64,000 nucleotides of DNA from IMG/VR virus record IMGVR_UViG_3300031997_000007, positions 7,958 to 71,957 of that record, one strand, 5' to 3'. The DNA is from a virus. Shown here one piece after another: positions 32,616-40,644 of the stretch. Made by a program: the position numbers and the translations under genes. The notes beneath the pieces are model-generated. The model was not told where the DNA came from. It saw only the letters and a list, made by a program, of their open reading frames with translations, and made no database searches. Position 1 is the first letter of the stretch, and every line of letters begins with the position of its first letter.

Positions 32616-35306
32616 ATGAAATTAAACGGTAATCTAGTATTAAACGCTGCTGGCGCGTCTGAAGTTCAGAATTTTATTATTGAAAGAATGTCAGGATTAC
32701 CTTCGGTATTAACTAGTGAAAAGGGTCGTATTGTTTTTAATTTAACAGACGCAATCTATTACTATAATACTGGAACAATTTGGCAAGCATTCGCAACAGG
32801 TGGTAATGCATCAAATATTCAAACAGAAGTAAATAATATTGAACTGTCATTAGGAGATATGACAACTGATAATGGAGTTTTCGTTGGCTCTACATTCACT
32901 ACCCTAAATAGCACAATTTGGCCGTCAAGCCCAACTAGCTTAACAAACGCTTTAGATATATTAGCTGATTATATGTCAGGTAAAGATACCTTAGCTGAAT
33001 TAGATGATGTTCTACTTACAGATACAGCTGGTGGTCAATATTTACGATATGATGTAGGGGATTCTGTATGGGTAAATAGTACATTAGTAATTGCTGATGT
33101 AACTGATATTACATCTTCTGCTGCTGAATTAAATATTTTAGATGGTGTTACTTCATCTACATCTGAATTAAATATTTTAGATGGTGTTACGGCAACAGCT
33201 ACTGAAATCAATTTACTAGATGGTGTTGCATCTACATTAACAGTTACAGAATTAAATTATGTTGATGGAGTTACATCTGGTATTCAAAGTCAATTAGACA
33301 ATAAACAACCTTTGGATGCTGGTTTAACAGCATTATCTATATTTGACTCAGTTGGTATTATAGTTGAAACTGCTACTAATGTATGGGCAGCACGCACAAC
33401 TGTAGCTCCCACTGCTGGTATCACGATTACAAATCCTGCTGGAACAGCCGGTAATATTACTTTCGCATTAGCTAATGATTTAGCTGCGGTTGAAGGTTTA
33501 GCTACTTTAGGGTTTGCTGTTCGTGTTGAAGATGGTAGTTGGATAACCCGTAATGTTGCTACAGCTTCTACTGACCGTATCACTGTAACCAATGGAAGTG
33601 GTGTTGATGCTTCTCCAACTATAGATTTAGCAACTGTTACTAATGGTGGAACTGGTACATTCTTAAAAATTACCAGAGACTCTTATGGTCGTGTAAGCGG
33701 TACTACAGCTGTTGTACAAGGTGATATCACCGGTTTAGTAGCTAGTGTTTATGTTGATGTATCAGGTGATTCAATGACAGGTAACTTAGCTTTTGGTGGT
33801 ACTTATAAAGTTACAGGTTTAGCTTCTCCGTTAGATGGTCAAGACGCTGCTAACAAAAACTATGTAGATGGTTTAATAACTGGTATTTCTTGGAAAGAAC
33901 CTGTTGGTAGTGTAGGTGCAACAAACCCTACAACAGTAGCAATAGGTTATCGTTTCTTAAATACTACAGATAAAAAGATTTATGTTGCTACAGCTGGTTG
34001 GGTTGCTGGTGATCCAGAAGCTGATCCAGTTCTTGATCCTGTTTTAACTGTTTGGAATGCTGGCACATCTCCATCTGATAACTGGGCAGTATTCGATAAA
34101 ACTACTGATGGCGCCTATACTTATGATAGTTCTACAACCGCTTGGATTCAATTCACTGGTGCAGGTCAAATTGTTGATGGTACAGGTTTATCTAAATCAG
34201 GTAACACACTTAATGTTAACTTAGGTGCTGGTGTTGTTGCATTACCATCGGATGAAGTCGGTCTTGATTTATTCTCTGATTCAGCCTCTGCGTTAATATT
34301 AACAGTAAATGGTACAGTTCGTTCAACAGACACTGCTTCAAAATTAGCATTATTATTACCTACAGGTAGTGGTTTATATCAAGACGCAACTGGATTGTAT
34401 GTTCCAGCAAATGGCATCACAAATGGTATGATCTTAAATGAAACAATCACATTAGATGCTGACGATATCGGAACAACTGCAATTGCGTTAGGCGGTACTT
34501 TACTTATAGCTGGTACATCTACACAAGGTATTAGTACTGCTATATCTACAGGTACTGTAACTATAACAGCATCTGATGCATCTTATACCCAAAAAGGTGT
34601 TGCAAGCTTCAATACACTTGACTTTACCGTAACTGCTGGTGCTGTTAGTATTGCTTCATTGTCAAACGCACAATTAGACAACTCAAGTATTACTGTTACA
34701 GGTACAACTGGTTCTGATGCTGTTAGCTTAGGTGAGTCATTCGCTATCGTTGGTGGTACAACTCCAATTACAACTGTATCTGCTGCAAATAGTGTTACAA
34801 TCAATGTTGCAGATGCTGGTGCAGCCGCTAAAGGTCTTGCAAGTTTTAACTCAAGTCACTTCAGTGTAACAACCGGTGCTGTTAGTTTAGACGCTACAAT
34901 AGATGATCTATCAAATGTATCAAGTGCTGATGGTGCTGCTACTGACTCAATCTTAACTAAATCAGCTACTGATTGGGTTCCTGTAACTCGCGCTAACTTA
35001 TTAGGTACAGAATCAATTGATGCATTGTCTGATGTTGTTATTACTACTCCTGCATCTGGTCAAGTATTACAAAATAACGGTACAAACTGGGTTAATAAAA
35101 AAGTATATCACGTTGAGGCTATGTCTTCAAGTACAACTTGGACTGTTACTCACGGAATAGGTCAAAAATTTGTAATAGTAAATGTATATGATAGTACTGA
35201 CAATATTGTAATTCCACAATCAATCGTTGCAACAAGTACAACAGTAACCACAATTACGTTTAATACCGCTCTAGCCGGTACGGTCGCAATTTCTGGCGTT
35301 GCATAA
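32616..35306 (+). CDS. Tail/head fibre protein
   Basis: Thr/Gly/Ala-rich; ELNILDGV repeats; DAANKNYVD, LDDVLL and KGVASFN fibre motifs; TATAAATA at 32535-32542. Confidence 0.8.
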   Translation: MKLNGNLVLNAAGASEVQNFIIERMSGLPSVLTSEKGRIVFNLTDAIYYYNTGTIWQAFATGGNASNIQTEVNNIELSLGDMTTDNGVFVGSTFTTLNSTIWPSSPTSLTNALDILADYMSGKDTLAELDDVLLTDTAGGQYLRYDVGDSVWVNSTLVIADVTDITSSAAELNILDGVTSSTSELNILDGVTATATEINLLDGVASTLTVTELNYVDGVTSGIQSQLDNKQPLDAGLTALSIFDSVGIIVETATNVWAARTTVAPTAGITITNPAGTAGNITFALANDLAAVEGLATLGFAVRVEDGSWITRNVATASTDRITVTNGSGVDASPTIDLATVTNGGTGTFLKITRDSYGRVSGTTAVVQGDITGLVASVYVDVSGDSMTGNLAFGGTYKVTGLASPLDGQDAANKNYVDGLITGISWKEPVGSVGATNPTTVAIGYRFLNTTDKKIYVATAGWVAGDPEADPVLDPVLTVWNAGTSPSDNWAVFDKTTDGAYTYDSSTTAWIQFTGAGQIVDGTGLSKSGNTLNVNLGAGVVALPSDEVGLDLFSDSASALILTVNGTVRSTDTASKLALLLPTGSGLYQDATGLYVPANGITNGMILNETITLDADDIGTTAIALGGTLLIAGTSTQGISTAISTGTVTITASDASYTQKGVASFNTLDFTVTAGAVSIASLSNAQLDNSSITVTGTTGSDAVSLGESFAIVGGTTPITTVSAANSVTINVADAGAAAKGLASFNSSHFSVTTGAVSLDATIDDLSNVSSADGAATDSILTKSATDWVPVTRANLLGTESIDALSDVVITTPASGQVLQNNGTNWVNKKVYHVEAMSSSTTWTVTHGIGQKFVIVNVYDSTDNIVIPQSIVATSTTVTTITFNTALAGTVAISGVA

Positions 35307-35327
35307 TTAATTAGTAATAATTAATAT

Positions 35328-35354
35328 AAAAAGAGGACTTTAGTCCTCTTTTTT
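35328..35354 (+). terminator. Intrinsic terminator, probably bidirectional
   Basis: AAAAAGAGGAC-TTTA-GTCCTCTTTTTT. Confidence 0.85.
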
Positions 35355-35506
35355 ATTGTGTACATTATTATAATATAATAATATAACAATTGCTACAATT
35401 TTATTATATATTAGCTCTTAAAAATATTTTATAAGATTAATGATAAATATATTCATAGAGATAAATATAAATATCAATAAACATATTTAAAATGGAGAGC
35501 ACGTAT

Positions 35507-36112
35507 ATGAAGCATTTCGGTAACATCGATTTAAATAATAATCTAATGCAACAAATGGTGATGGAATTAGAAACTAATTTTCCAGATAGTCCTGTTGCCG
35601 GTCGTATCATATTTAAAGACAAACGCGTATATATGTGTGTTGAAATTTTAAATGGATTACCAGTATGGGTTCCATTGACCAATGAATTAAATACATATGT
35701 GCATCGTCAAACTGGTCAAAGTAACACATGGAACATAAACCATAACTTAAACACTACAACTCCAATGATTCAAATATATGATGTAAATCACCTTTATGTT
35801 ATTCCTAATGCTGTAGCGATTGTTGACAATAATAATTTAAATGTGACGTTTGGATATCCAATAATTGGATCTGCGGTACTTATGTTCGGTGAAGCTATTA
35901 CCGGATCCTCAAGAACATCTACAGCATATACCTCCACTCAAACAGCACCTTCATCTGCTTGGGTAATTATACATGAATTAGGGTATTTTCCAGTTGTTAG
36001 AGTATTCATCGGTAATGTTGAAGTACAACCAGATTCAATTACTCATAATTCAATATTTCAACTAACTATTAACTTCTCATCACCACAAGTTGGTGTTGCA
36101 AGATTAGTGTAA
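35507..36112 (+). CDS. Fibre-associated protein with two WxIxHNL modules
   Basis: N-terminus resembles that of the fibre gene; GGAG RBS before ATG 35507. Confidence 0.7.
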   Translation: MKHFGNIDLNNNLMQQMVMELETNFPDSPVAGRIIFKDKRVYMCVEILNGLPVWVPLTNELNTYVHRQTGQSNTWNINHNLNTTTPMIQIYDVNHLYVIPNAVAIVDNNNLNVTFGYPIIGSAVLMFGEAITGSSRTSTAYTSTQTAPSSAWVIIHELGYFPVVRVFIGNVEVQPDSITHNSIFQLTINFSSPQVGVARLV

Positions 36113-36123
36113 GGTAACTAAAC

Positions 36124-36351
36124 ATGGCATATCAAAACGTACTCGCATCGTATTTATACGCACAAAATGAAGAATCTGATACTTGGGTTCTTGTACATAA
36201 TTTAGGTCAAGCAGCTCCAATTGTTGATTGTTGGACAATATATAATGGTGACATAACTAATATAATTCCACTATCAGTAACTGTTAATGATCCATACACT
36301 GCAACTGTAGTTTTTTCATCAGCGCGAACAGGTTTCGCGTCTGTGGTATAA
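36124..36351 (+). CDS. Single WxIxHNL-module protein
   Basis: WVLVHNLG...VVFSSARTGFASVV. Confidence 0.7.
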   Translation: MAYQNVLASYLYAQNEESDTWVLVHNLGQAAPIVDCWTIYNGDITNIIPLSVTVNDPYTATVVFSSARTGFASVV

Positions 36352-36362
36352 GGAGAATATTA

Positions 36363-36596
36363 ATGGCTATATCAGCATATAATCACATACAATCAGATCC
36401 TAGCAATTCATGGACAATAACCCATAATTTAAACACAACCGCTGTTAATTTAGATGTTGTGATACTAGATGATAATTTAAATAAAAAAATTCTACCTGGT
36501 AATATTATAACACAGGATAACAATACTATAATAGTTACATTTACGACAGAGCACACTGGTAGTGCTCGTGTAATCGGTACTCAAATAGTACTATAA
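36363..36596 (+). CDS. Single WxIxHNL-module protein
   Basis: WTITHNLN...VTFTTEHTGSARVI; AAGGAG RBS. Confidence 0.7.
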   Translation: MAISAYNHIQSDPSNSWTITHNLNTTAVNLDVVILDDNLNKKILPGNIITQDNNTIIVTFTTEHTGSARVIGTQIVL

Positions 36597-36692
36597 TAAT
36601 AATATTAAAATTTTAATTAATTCTTGAGCTTATTAACATATTAACAAATAATGATAAATAATATAAAATATATCAATACAGGAATATAACAC

Positions 36693-37811
36693 ATGTTTGA
36701 AAATACAATACCAATACCAGTACAAGTTCATGGATATGTACATATAGAAGACGATTTAGGTAATGTTTATTTAGATAAGAGCAACGCTATTCATCCAGCT
36801 AATATGGGTCGTGTTTTTGCAAGAGCTCTAGCTAATGAAAGCAATTATTGGATTAACCGTATAGCTTTTGGCAATGGTGGGACTGTTGTAGATGCGGCAT
36901 ATAATATAACATATAAAACACCTAATGATGGATTACCTCCTGATGCTGCTGGATGGAAATCGTGTCTTTATAATGAAACATATTCTGAATATATCAATGA
37001 AAGTAGCATATTAATAAGCTCTGGAGTAGGAGCTGTACCTTCAAGTGATCCACTAGCTATATTAAATAATATGTCAGGCCCGGGAGTAGTAAGTGTTGAT
37101 CAGGGATTAATATCACAAGTTGTTATAACATGTGTTTTAAATCCAAATGAACCGTTGAGTCAATATCCAACTGATATTGTTGGAAATGCTCTTAATAATG
37201 TAACTGAATATACCGAAACACCTTTTACGTTTGATGAAATTGGATTATTTACAGCGGGTACTACAGTTATTGCAACTCCCGGTACACAAAGTGTTAATGT
37301 AAGTATAAAAACAGCAACTGACCCGACTGGATTACTTCCAGATACCACATACATATTTGATATTAATGTTAGTGGAACTATACAACATATTACTATTCAT
37401 ACACCATTAACAGGATCTGGTGTTGGCGGACAAATTCTATATAGTGATTTAATTATATTATTAAATGTTACAATAGCTGATGCTACTGTTTCTATTAATG
37501 ATGGGACTAATATGACATACGGATATTTAAAGTTTACTAATGACGATGTTGGAGTTAATGCTAATATTACTTTAATAACCCCTGCTAGTCCTCCTGATAA
37601 TTGGTTATTCGATGGATTAAATAGCTTTATAGGATTTCTTGCACCTGTCAATGGAACAGATGGTGGTGTTGATAACGACTTAAATAATCCTACACATGAA
37701 GCCCAACGCATGTTAACTCATCTAATTTTTAGCCCGGTACTTAAAGCTGCAAATAGAACATTTATTATTAAATACACATTAACAATATCAGTTGCACGCT
37801 CTGAACAATAA
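36693..37811 (+). CDS. Virion structural protein (tail/baseplate associated)
   Basis: IAFGNGG, FDEIGLF and RMLTHLIFSPVLKAANRTFIIKYTL motifs. Confidence 0.7.
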   Translation: MFENTIPIPVQVHGYVHIEDDLGNVYLDKSNAIHPANMGRVFARALANESNYWINRIAFGNGGTVVDAAYNITYKTPNDGLPPDAAGWKSCLYNETYSEYINESSILISSGVGAVPSSDPLAILNNMSGPGVVSVDQGLISQVVITCVLNPNEPLSQYPTDIVGNALNNVTEYTETPFTFDEIGLFTAGTTVIATPGTQSVNVSIKTATDPTGLLPDTTYIFDINVSGTIQHITIHTPLTGSGVGGQILYSDLIILLNVTIADATVSINDGTNMTYGYLKFTNDDVGVNANITLITPASPPDNWLFDGLNSFIGFLAPVNGTDGGVDNDLNNPTHEAQRMLTHLIFSPVLKAANRTFIIKYTLTISVARSEQ

Positions 37812-37848
37812 CATCTTATATTTTAATGATAAGTAGGTATTTAAATAT

Positions 37849-38058
37849 ATGAAGGGACCAGGACAGTCGAATAGTTTTTCAAGACGTGCTAAAGCAATGG
37901 ATGGTAATAGCATACCAAATCAGTATGTTAATAAGAATTATGGTGTTAAACGTAAAGCGAAAGCCCATAAATATAGCATTATTAGTACAGGAACTGGTAA
38001 ATATTATGGCTCAAAAGCTATAATGGAAACTTTTAAAGAATTTCTTATACGCACATAA
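37849..38058 (+). CDS. Hypothetical basic protein
   Basis: ORF track. Confidence 0.5.
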   Translation: MKGPGQSNSFSRRAKAMDGNSIPNQYVNKNYGVKRKAKAHKYSIISTGTGKYYGSKAIMETFKEFLIRT

Positions 38059-38089
38059 TAAATATTTTCGCATAAATAAAAAAGAATAG

Positions 38090-38117
38090 TTGCATTAAAG
38101 AATAAATATTATATAAT
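38090..38117 (+). promoter_or_regulatory. Sigma70-type promoter TTGCAT-N16-TATAAT for the micro-ORF/tRNA region
   Basis: Near-consensus hexamers, A-rich upstream tract, AAGGAG RBS downstream. Confidence 0.6.
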
Positions 38118-38142
38118 AGAACTATAGTTCAAGGAGATGACA

Positions 38143-38205
38143 ATGAAACGAGATATAATATGGATTGCACCAGTTTTTAAAGGTCCAGGAGTTTACTGGG
38201 GTTGA
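38143..38205 (+). CDS. Micro-ORF 1, MKRDIIWIAPVFKGPGVYWG
   Basis: AAGGAG RBS; manual translation. Confidence 0.6.
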   Translation: MKRDIIWIAPVFKGPGVYWG

Positions 38206-38249
38206 TTGATAATTGGCCAACTACTGGATTTATTGATCCAGATTGGTGA
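38202..38249 (+). CDS. Micro-ORF 2, MIDNWPTTGFIDPDW (TTG start)
   Basis: TTGA overlap with the ORF1 stop; W/P composition. Confidence 0.4.
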   Translation: MIDNWPTTGFIDPDW

Positions 38250-38253
38250 TAAT

Positions 38254-38322
38254 ATGAAAGATATAATGCCTTTATTACCTTATACCGTTGTTAAACCTGG
38301 TTGGGCTCCAACTGATGTATAA
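38254..38322 (+). CDS. Micro-ORF 3, MKDIMPLLPYTVVKPGWAPTDV
   Basis: aatATGAAA start context; P/W-rich. Confidence 0.5.
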   Translation: MKDIMPLLPYTVVKPGWAPTDV

Positions 38323-38341
38323 GTGGCCTGTTGTAATATGA
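38315..38341 (+). CDS. Micro-ORF 4, MYKWPVVI
   Basis: Overlaps the ORF3 stop and the ORF5 start (ATGA). Confidence 0.3.
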   Translation: MYKWPVVI

Positions 38342-38445
38342 AAGACTTAAGACCTATTCATTGGCCAGAACTCATTTTATGGATACTACCATGTGGTATC
38401 ACATGTATTATACCAGGTTTTGGTATAATTGTTCCCGCGATGTGA
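38338..38445 (+). CDS. Micro-ORF 5, MKDLRPIHWPELILWILPCGITCIIPGFGIIVPAM
   Basis: aatATGAAA start; hydrophobic and P/W-rich. Confidence 0.5.
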   Translation: MKDLRPIHWPELILWILPCGITCIIPGFGIIVPAM

Positions 38446-38450
38446 ATAAT

Positions 38451-38588
38451 ATGAAACAAAAAGTTATTCTGCAAAAAGCGAAAAGAATTGGTACTATAAA
38501 ATGGCCAGATGATGTTCCTTGGGATATTATACTTCCATGGATTGCAGGTCCTAGACCAGCTCCATGGATTACATTCCCAGGACCATAA
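38451..38588 (+). CDS. Micro-ORF 6, MKQKVILQKAKRIGTIKWPDDVPWDIILPWIAGPRPAPWITFPGP
   Basis: aatATGAAA start; 4 Trp and 8 Pro; C-terminal part of ORF-track call 38361..38588. Confidence 0.55.
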   Translation: MKQKVILQKAKRIGTIKWPDDVPWDIILPWIAGPRPAPWITFPGP

Positions 38589-38589
38589 A

Positions 38590-38628
38590 ATGAATAAAAA
38601 TAAACAGTGGCCTATTTGGCCTAAATAA
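38590..38628 (+). CDS. Micro-ORF 7, MNKNKQWPIWPK
   Basis: Starts 1 nt after the ORF6 stop; WP twice. Confidence 0.45.
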   Translation: MNKNKQWPIWPK

Positions 38629-38672
38629 CATATAATATAAACAAGTTAAACAAATTTAAAAAGAGACAAGAA

Positions 38673-38735
38673 ATGAAAACTATCGTAATGCCCATGATTA
38701 TTGTGAAACATCCGGATGCGCCCATTATTGTGTAG
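38673..38735 (+). CDS. Putative attenuator leader peptide MKTIVMPMIIVKHPDAPIIV
   Basis: Overlaps the 5' arm of a long hairpin; composition matches the downstream tRNAs. Confidence 0.7.
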   Translation: MKTIVMPMIIVKHPDAPIIV

Positions 38736-38783
38736 ATAGTATATCGTTTTTTAAATCTACCAATAATGGGCCTGAAAGTTTCA
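38704..38783 (+). promoter_or_regulatory. Putative antiterminator hairpin
   Basis: GCCCATTATTG(720-730)/CAATAATGGGC(761-771), GTAGAT/ATCTAC and TGAAAC(704-709)/GTTTCA(778-783), all in 38xxx coordinates. Confidence 0.65.
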
Positions 38784-38802
38784 AACTTATCAGGTTTTTT
38801 TT
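38771..38802 (+). terminator. Intrinsic terminator (attenuator) upstream of the tRNA cluster
   Basis: CCTGA-AAGTT-tca-AACTT-a-TCAGG followed by T8. Confidence 0.8.
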
Positions 38803-38885
38803 ATGGTTGTTAAAACACAGAAATAAAATGTAAAAGAACACAGTAATTAAATGTAAGAAAACAAGTGAATAAAAGTGATTATCGG

Positions 38886-38959
38886 GGAGAATGTAGCTTA
38901 ATTGGTAAAGCCCTCGCCTGTGAAGTGAGTAGTTGGGAGATCGTAGCTCCTCATTCTCC
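38886..38959 (+). tRNA. tRNA-His(GUG) with G-1, atypical T-loop, no encoded CCA
   Basis: G-GAGAATG/CATTCTC-C acceptor, GCTT/AAGC D stem, CTCGC-CTGTGAA-GTGAG anticodon arm. Confidence 0.85.
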
Positions 38960-39856
38960 CCGATATACATTTTCATATTCATCTACCATGAAAACTAAGC
39001 TTTCATAAGTGATTGAGGATTTTGTTTTTTTAATATTATTATTTGTTTGTGACATTATTTCACAATTTAAAGGATGTGAAATATAATAAGGATCATAATT
39101 ATGTTTAACTGCATCTTTTACTGATATTTTATGATCTCGACTAAGCCCTGTAGGATTAAGTGTTTTATTTCCAAACTTACCACCATTGGAAAACCAACCT
39201 ACTGATTTAATTAAATTTAAATCAAATATATTAGGATAGTCATATACATTAAATTTAAATCTATATATTTGACGCATACCATCAAAATATAGTGATGCAC
39301 AGTTATAGCAATATTTTTGTTTATTTTTGATTAAAGTTACATTAGAACAATGAGTACAACAACATTTATATAATTTACTATATGGAATATTGTTTTTATC
39401 AGCTTCTGTAATTGCAATTTTTATTGATATTTTAATAAATTGAGTATTCGTAATAATACGTTCTTTACGTTCTTTACTTTTATGAGTATTTGAAATTTTA
39501 GTTTTTGTCGCAGTTGTTAGAATACGACCAGTATTAGTATATGATGCTGAACACGAATTATTACAAAAGTTATTTCTTCGTGATTTATATGGTATTATTG
39601 TAGAGCAGTATTTGCATATTTTAGGATTTAAGTTGTATGTTTGTTTAACTAATATTGCTTTTGTACGAACATAATTCGTACAATCTCGCTTTTTACAATT
39701 TTCTTTATTTTTAATTGTAACATCATCAGTTTGTATAGGATGATTAGGATATTGATTTCGAAAATTAACATATGAAATATTATGTAGTTTTAAATGATTA
39801 TTGGTTATTTTCTTAAATTGTTTAAAACAAATAGGACAAGTAATATATGAGTTCAT
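38951..39856 (-). mobile_element. Free-standing HNH homing endonuclease with Zn-finger modules, antisense within the tRNA cluster
   Basis: CPIC..H..H and CKYC..FCNNSC; C-terminal SRDHKIS...HPLNCEIMSQTNN; late-type GATAAATA at 39887-39894. Confidence 0.8.
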
Positions 39857-39905
39857 AATTATAATATTAAAATAAGTTTAAATATATATTTATCAATATT
39901 ATTGA

Positions 39906-39932
39906 AGGGGTTCGAATCTCTCCAGTCACCCC
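39906..39932 (+). pseudogene. Orphan tRNA 3' fragment (T-arm plus acceptor strand, His-like C73)
   Basis: AGGGG-TTCGAAT-CTCTC-CAGTCAC-CCC with no matching 5' half nearby. Confidence 0.6.
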
Positions 39933-39963
39933 TATAATTATTTTCAACTAAAGAGTATGTAAA

Positions 39964-40152
39964 ATGAATGTACAAGAAGTGATTGATAAATTAATGTTAG
40001 TTAAAGATAAATCAAAACACTTACAAGTTACCATTACTCGATGTGGGCGAAGTTGGTGTTCAACTAATGATATAGATGATATTATTGAAGAAGATACAGT
40101 AGTTGAAGCTACTGGTGGTGAAACAGATCAAGGTGGATTGAGATATTTTTAA
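39964..40152 (+). CDS. Hypothetical protein within the tRNA cluster
   Basis: ORF track. Confidence 0.55.
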   Translation: MNVQEVIDKLMLVKDKSKHLQVTITRCGRSWCSTNDIDDIIEEDTVVEATGGETDQGGLRYF

Positions 40153-40166
40153 ATAGTATTTTTTGT

Positions 40167-40239
40167 AGTGATGTGGCTAAGCCGGTAAAGCACCTCCTTC
40201 ATACGGAGAAAATCGTTGGTTCGAACCCAACCATCACTA
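40167..40239 (+). tRNA. tRNA-Met(CAU) (Met vs Ile2 not resolvable by eye), no CCA
   Basis: AGTGATG/CATCACT, CTCC-TTCATAC-GGAG, GTTGG-TTCGAAC-CCAAC. Confidence 0.85.
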
Positions 40240-40262
40240 CAAAATGTATTTAAACGAAATAC

Positions 40263-40336
40263 AGCTCTATAGTTCAAAGGTAGAACATTACGCTGATAAC
40301 GTAAAGACACAAGATCGATACCTGGTAGAGCTACCA
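40263..40336 (+). tRNA. tRNA-Ile(GAU) with encoded CCA and imperfect T-arm
   Basis: AGCTCTA/TAGAGCT-ACCA, TTACG-CTGATAA-CGTAA. Confidence 0.85.
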
Positions 40337-40357
40337 ATTTTAAAAAGTATACTTAGT

Positions 40358-40431
40358 AGGTACGTCGTTCAGCGGCCTAGAACACCACCCTTTTAAGGTG
40401 GGAATCGTGGGTTCAAATCCCACCGTACCTA
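40358..40431 (+). tRNA. tRNA-Lys(UUU), no CCA
   Basis: AGGTACG/CGTACCT, CCACC-CTTTTAA-GGTGG, GTGGG-TTCAAAT-CCCAC. Confidence 0.88.
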
Positions 40432-40466
40432 CTAAGTGTATTTTAGAAGAGTAAAGTCAACGTTGT

Positions 40467-40539
40467 AGGAGTATAACTCAATTGGTAGAGTGTCGCATTT
40501 ACATTGCGGAAGTTATCGGTTCAATTCCGGTTACTCCTA
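40467..40539 (+). tRNA. tRNA-Val(UAC), no CCA
   Basis: AGGAGTA/TACTCCT, TCGCA-TTTACAT-TGCGG, ATCGG-TTCAATT-CCGGT. Confidence 0.88.
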
Positions 40540-40572
40540 CAATGTTGATTTAAAACAAATAGTAGGTATTGT

Positions 40573-40644
40573 CAGTCTGTAGCCAAGCGGTATGGCGCCA
40601 AATTTGGGGTTTGGAAATCGGGAGTTCGAGCCTCTCCAGACTGA
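40573..40644 (+). tRNA. tRNA-Pro(UGG), no CCA
   Basis: CAGTCTG/CAGACTG-A (C1-G72, A73), CCAAA-TTTGGGG-TTTGG. Confidence 0.88.

Noticed and set aside
38361-38588. 75-aa ORF-track call with TTG start
   Set aside because: No RBS and overlaps micro-ORF 5; ATG 38451 shares the start context of its neighbours and is preferred
38640-38810. T-box riboswitch controlling the tRNAs
   Set aside because: No T-box consensus (AGGGTGGNACCGCG) or stem I motifs; a leader-peptide model fits better
38725-38982. 85-aa minus-strand ORF
   Set aside because: Antisense to tRNA-His and the attenuator; no protein-like features
38886-39932. Intron-split tRNA with the HNH gene inside an intron
   Set aside because: tRNA-His is already complete, the orphan 3' strand CAGTCAC does not pair with GAGAATG, and no group I core was recognised
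40149-40337. 62-aa minus-strand ORF
   Set aside because: Antisense translation of tRNA-Met and tRNA-Ile
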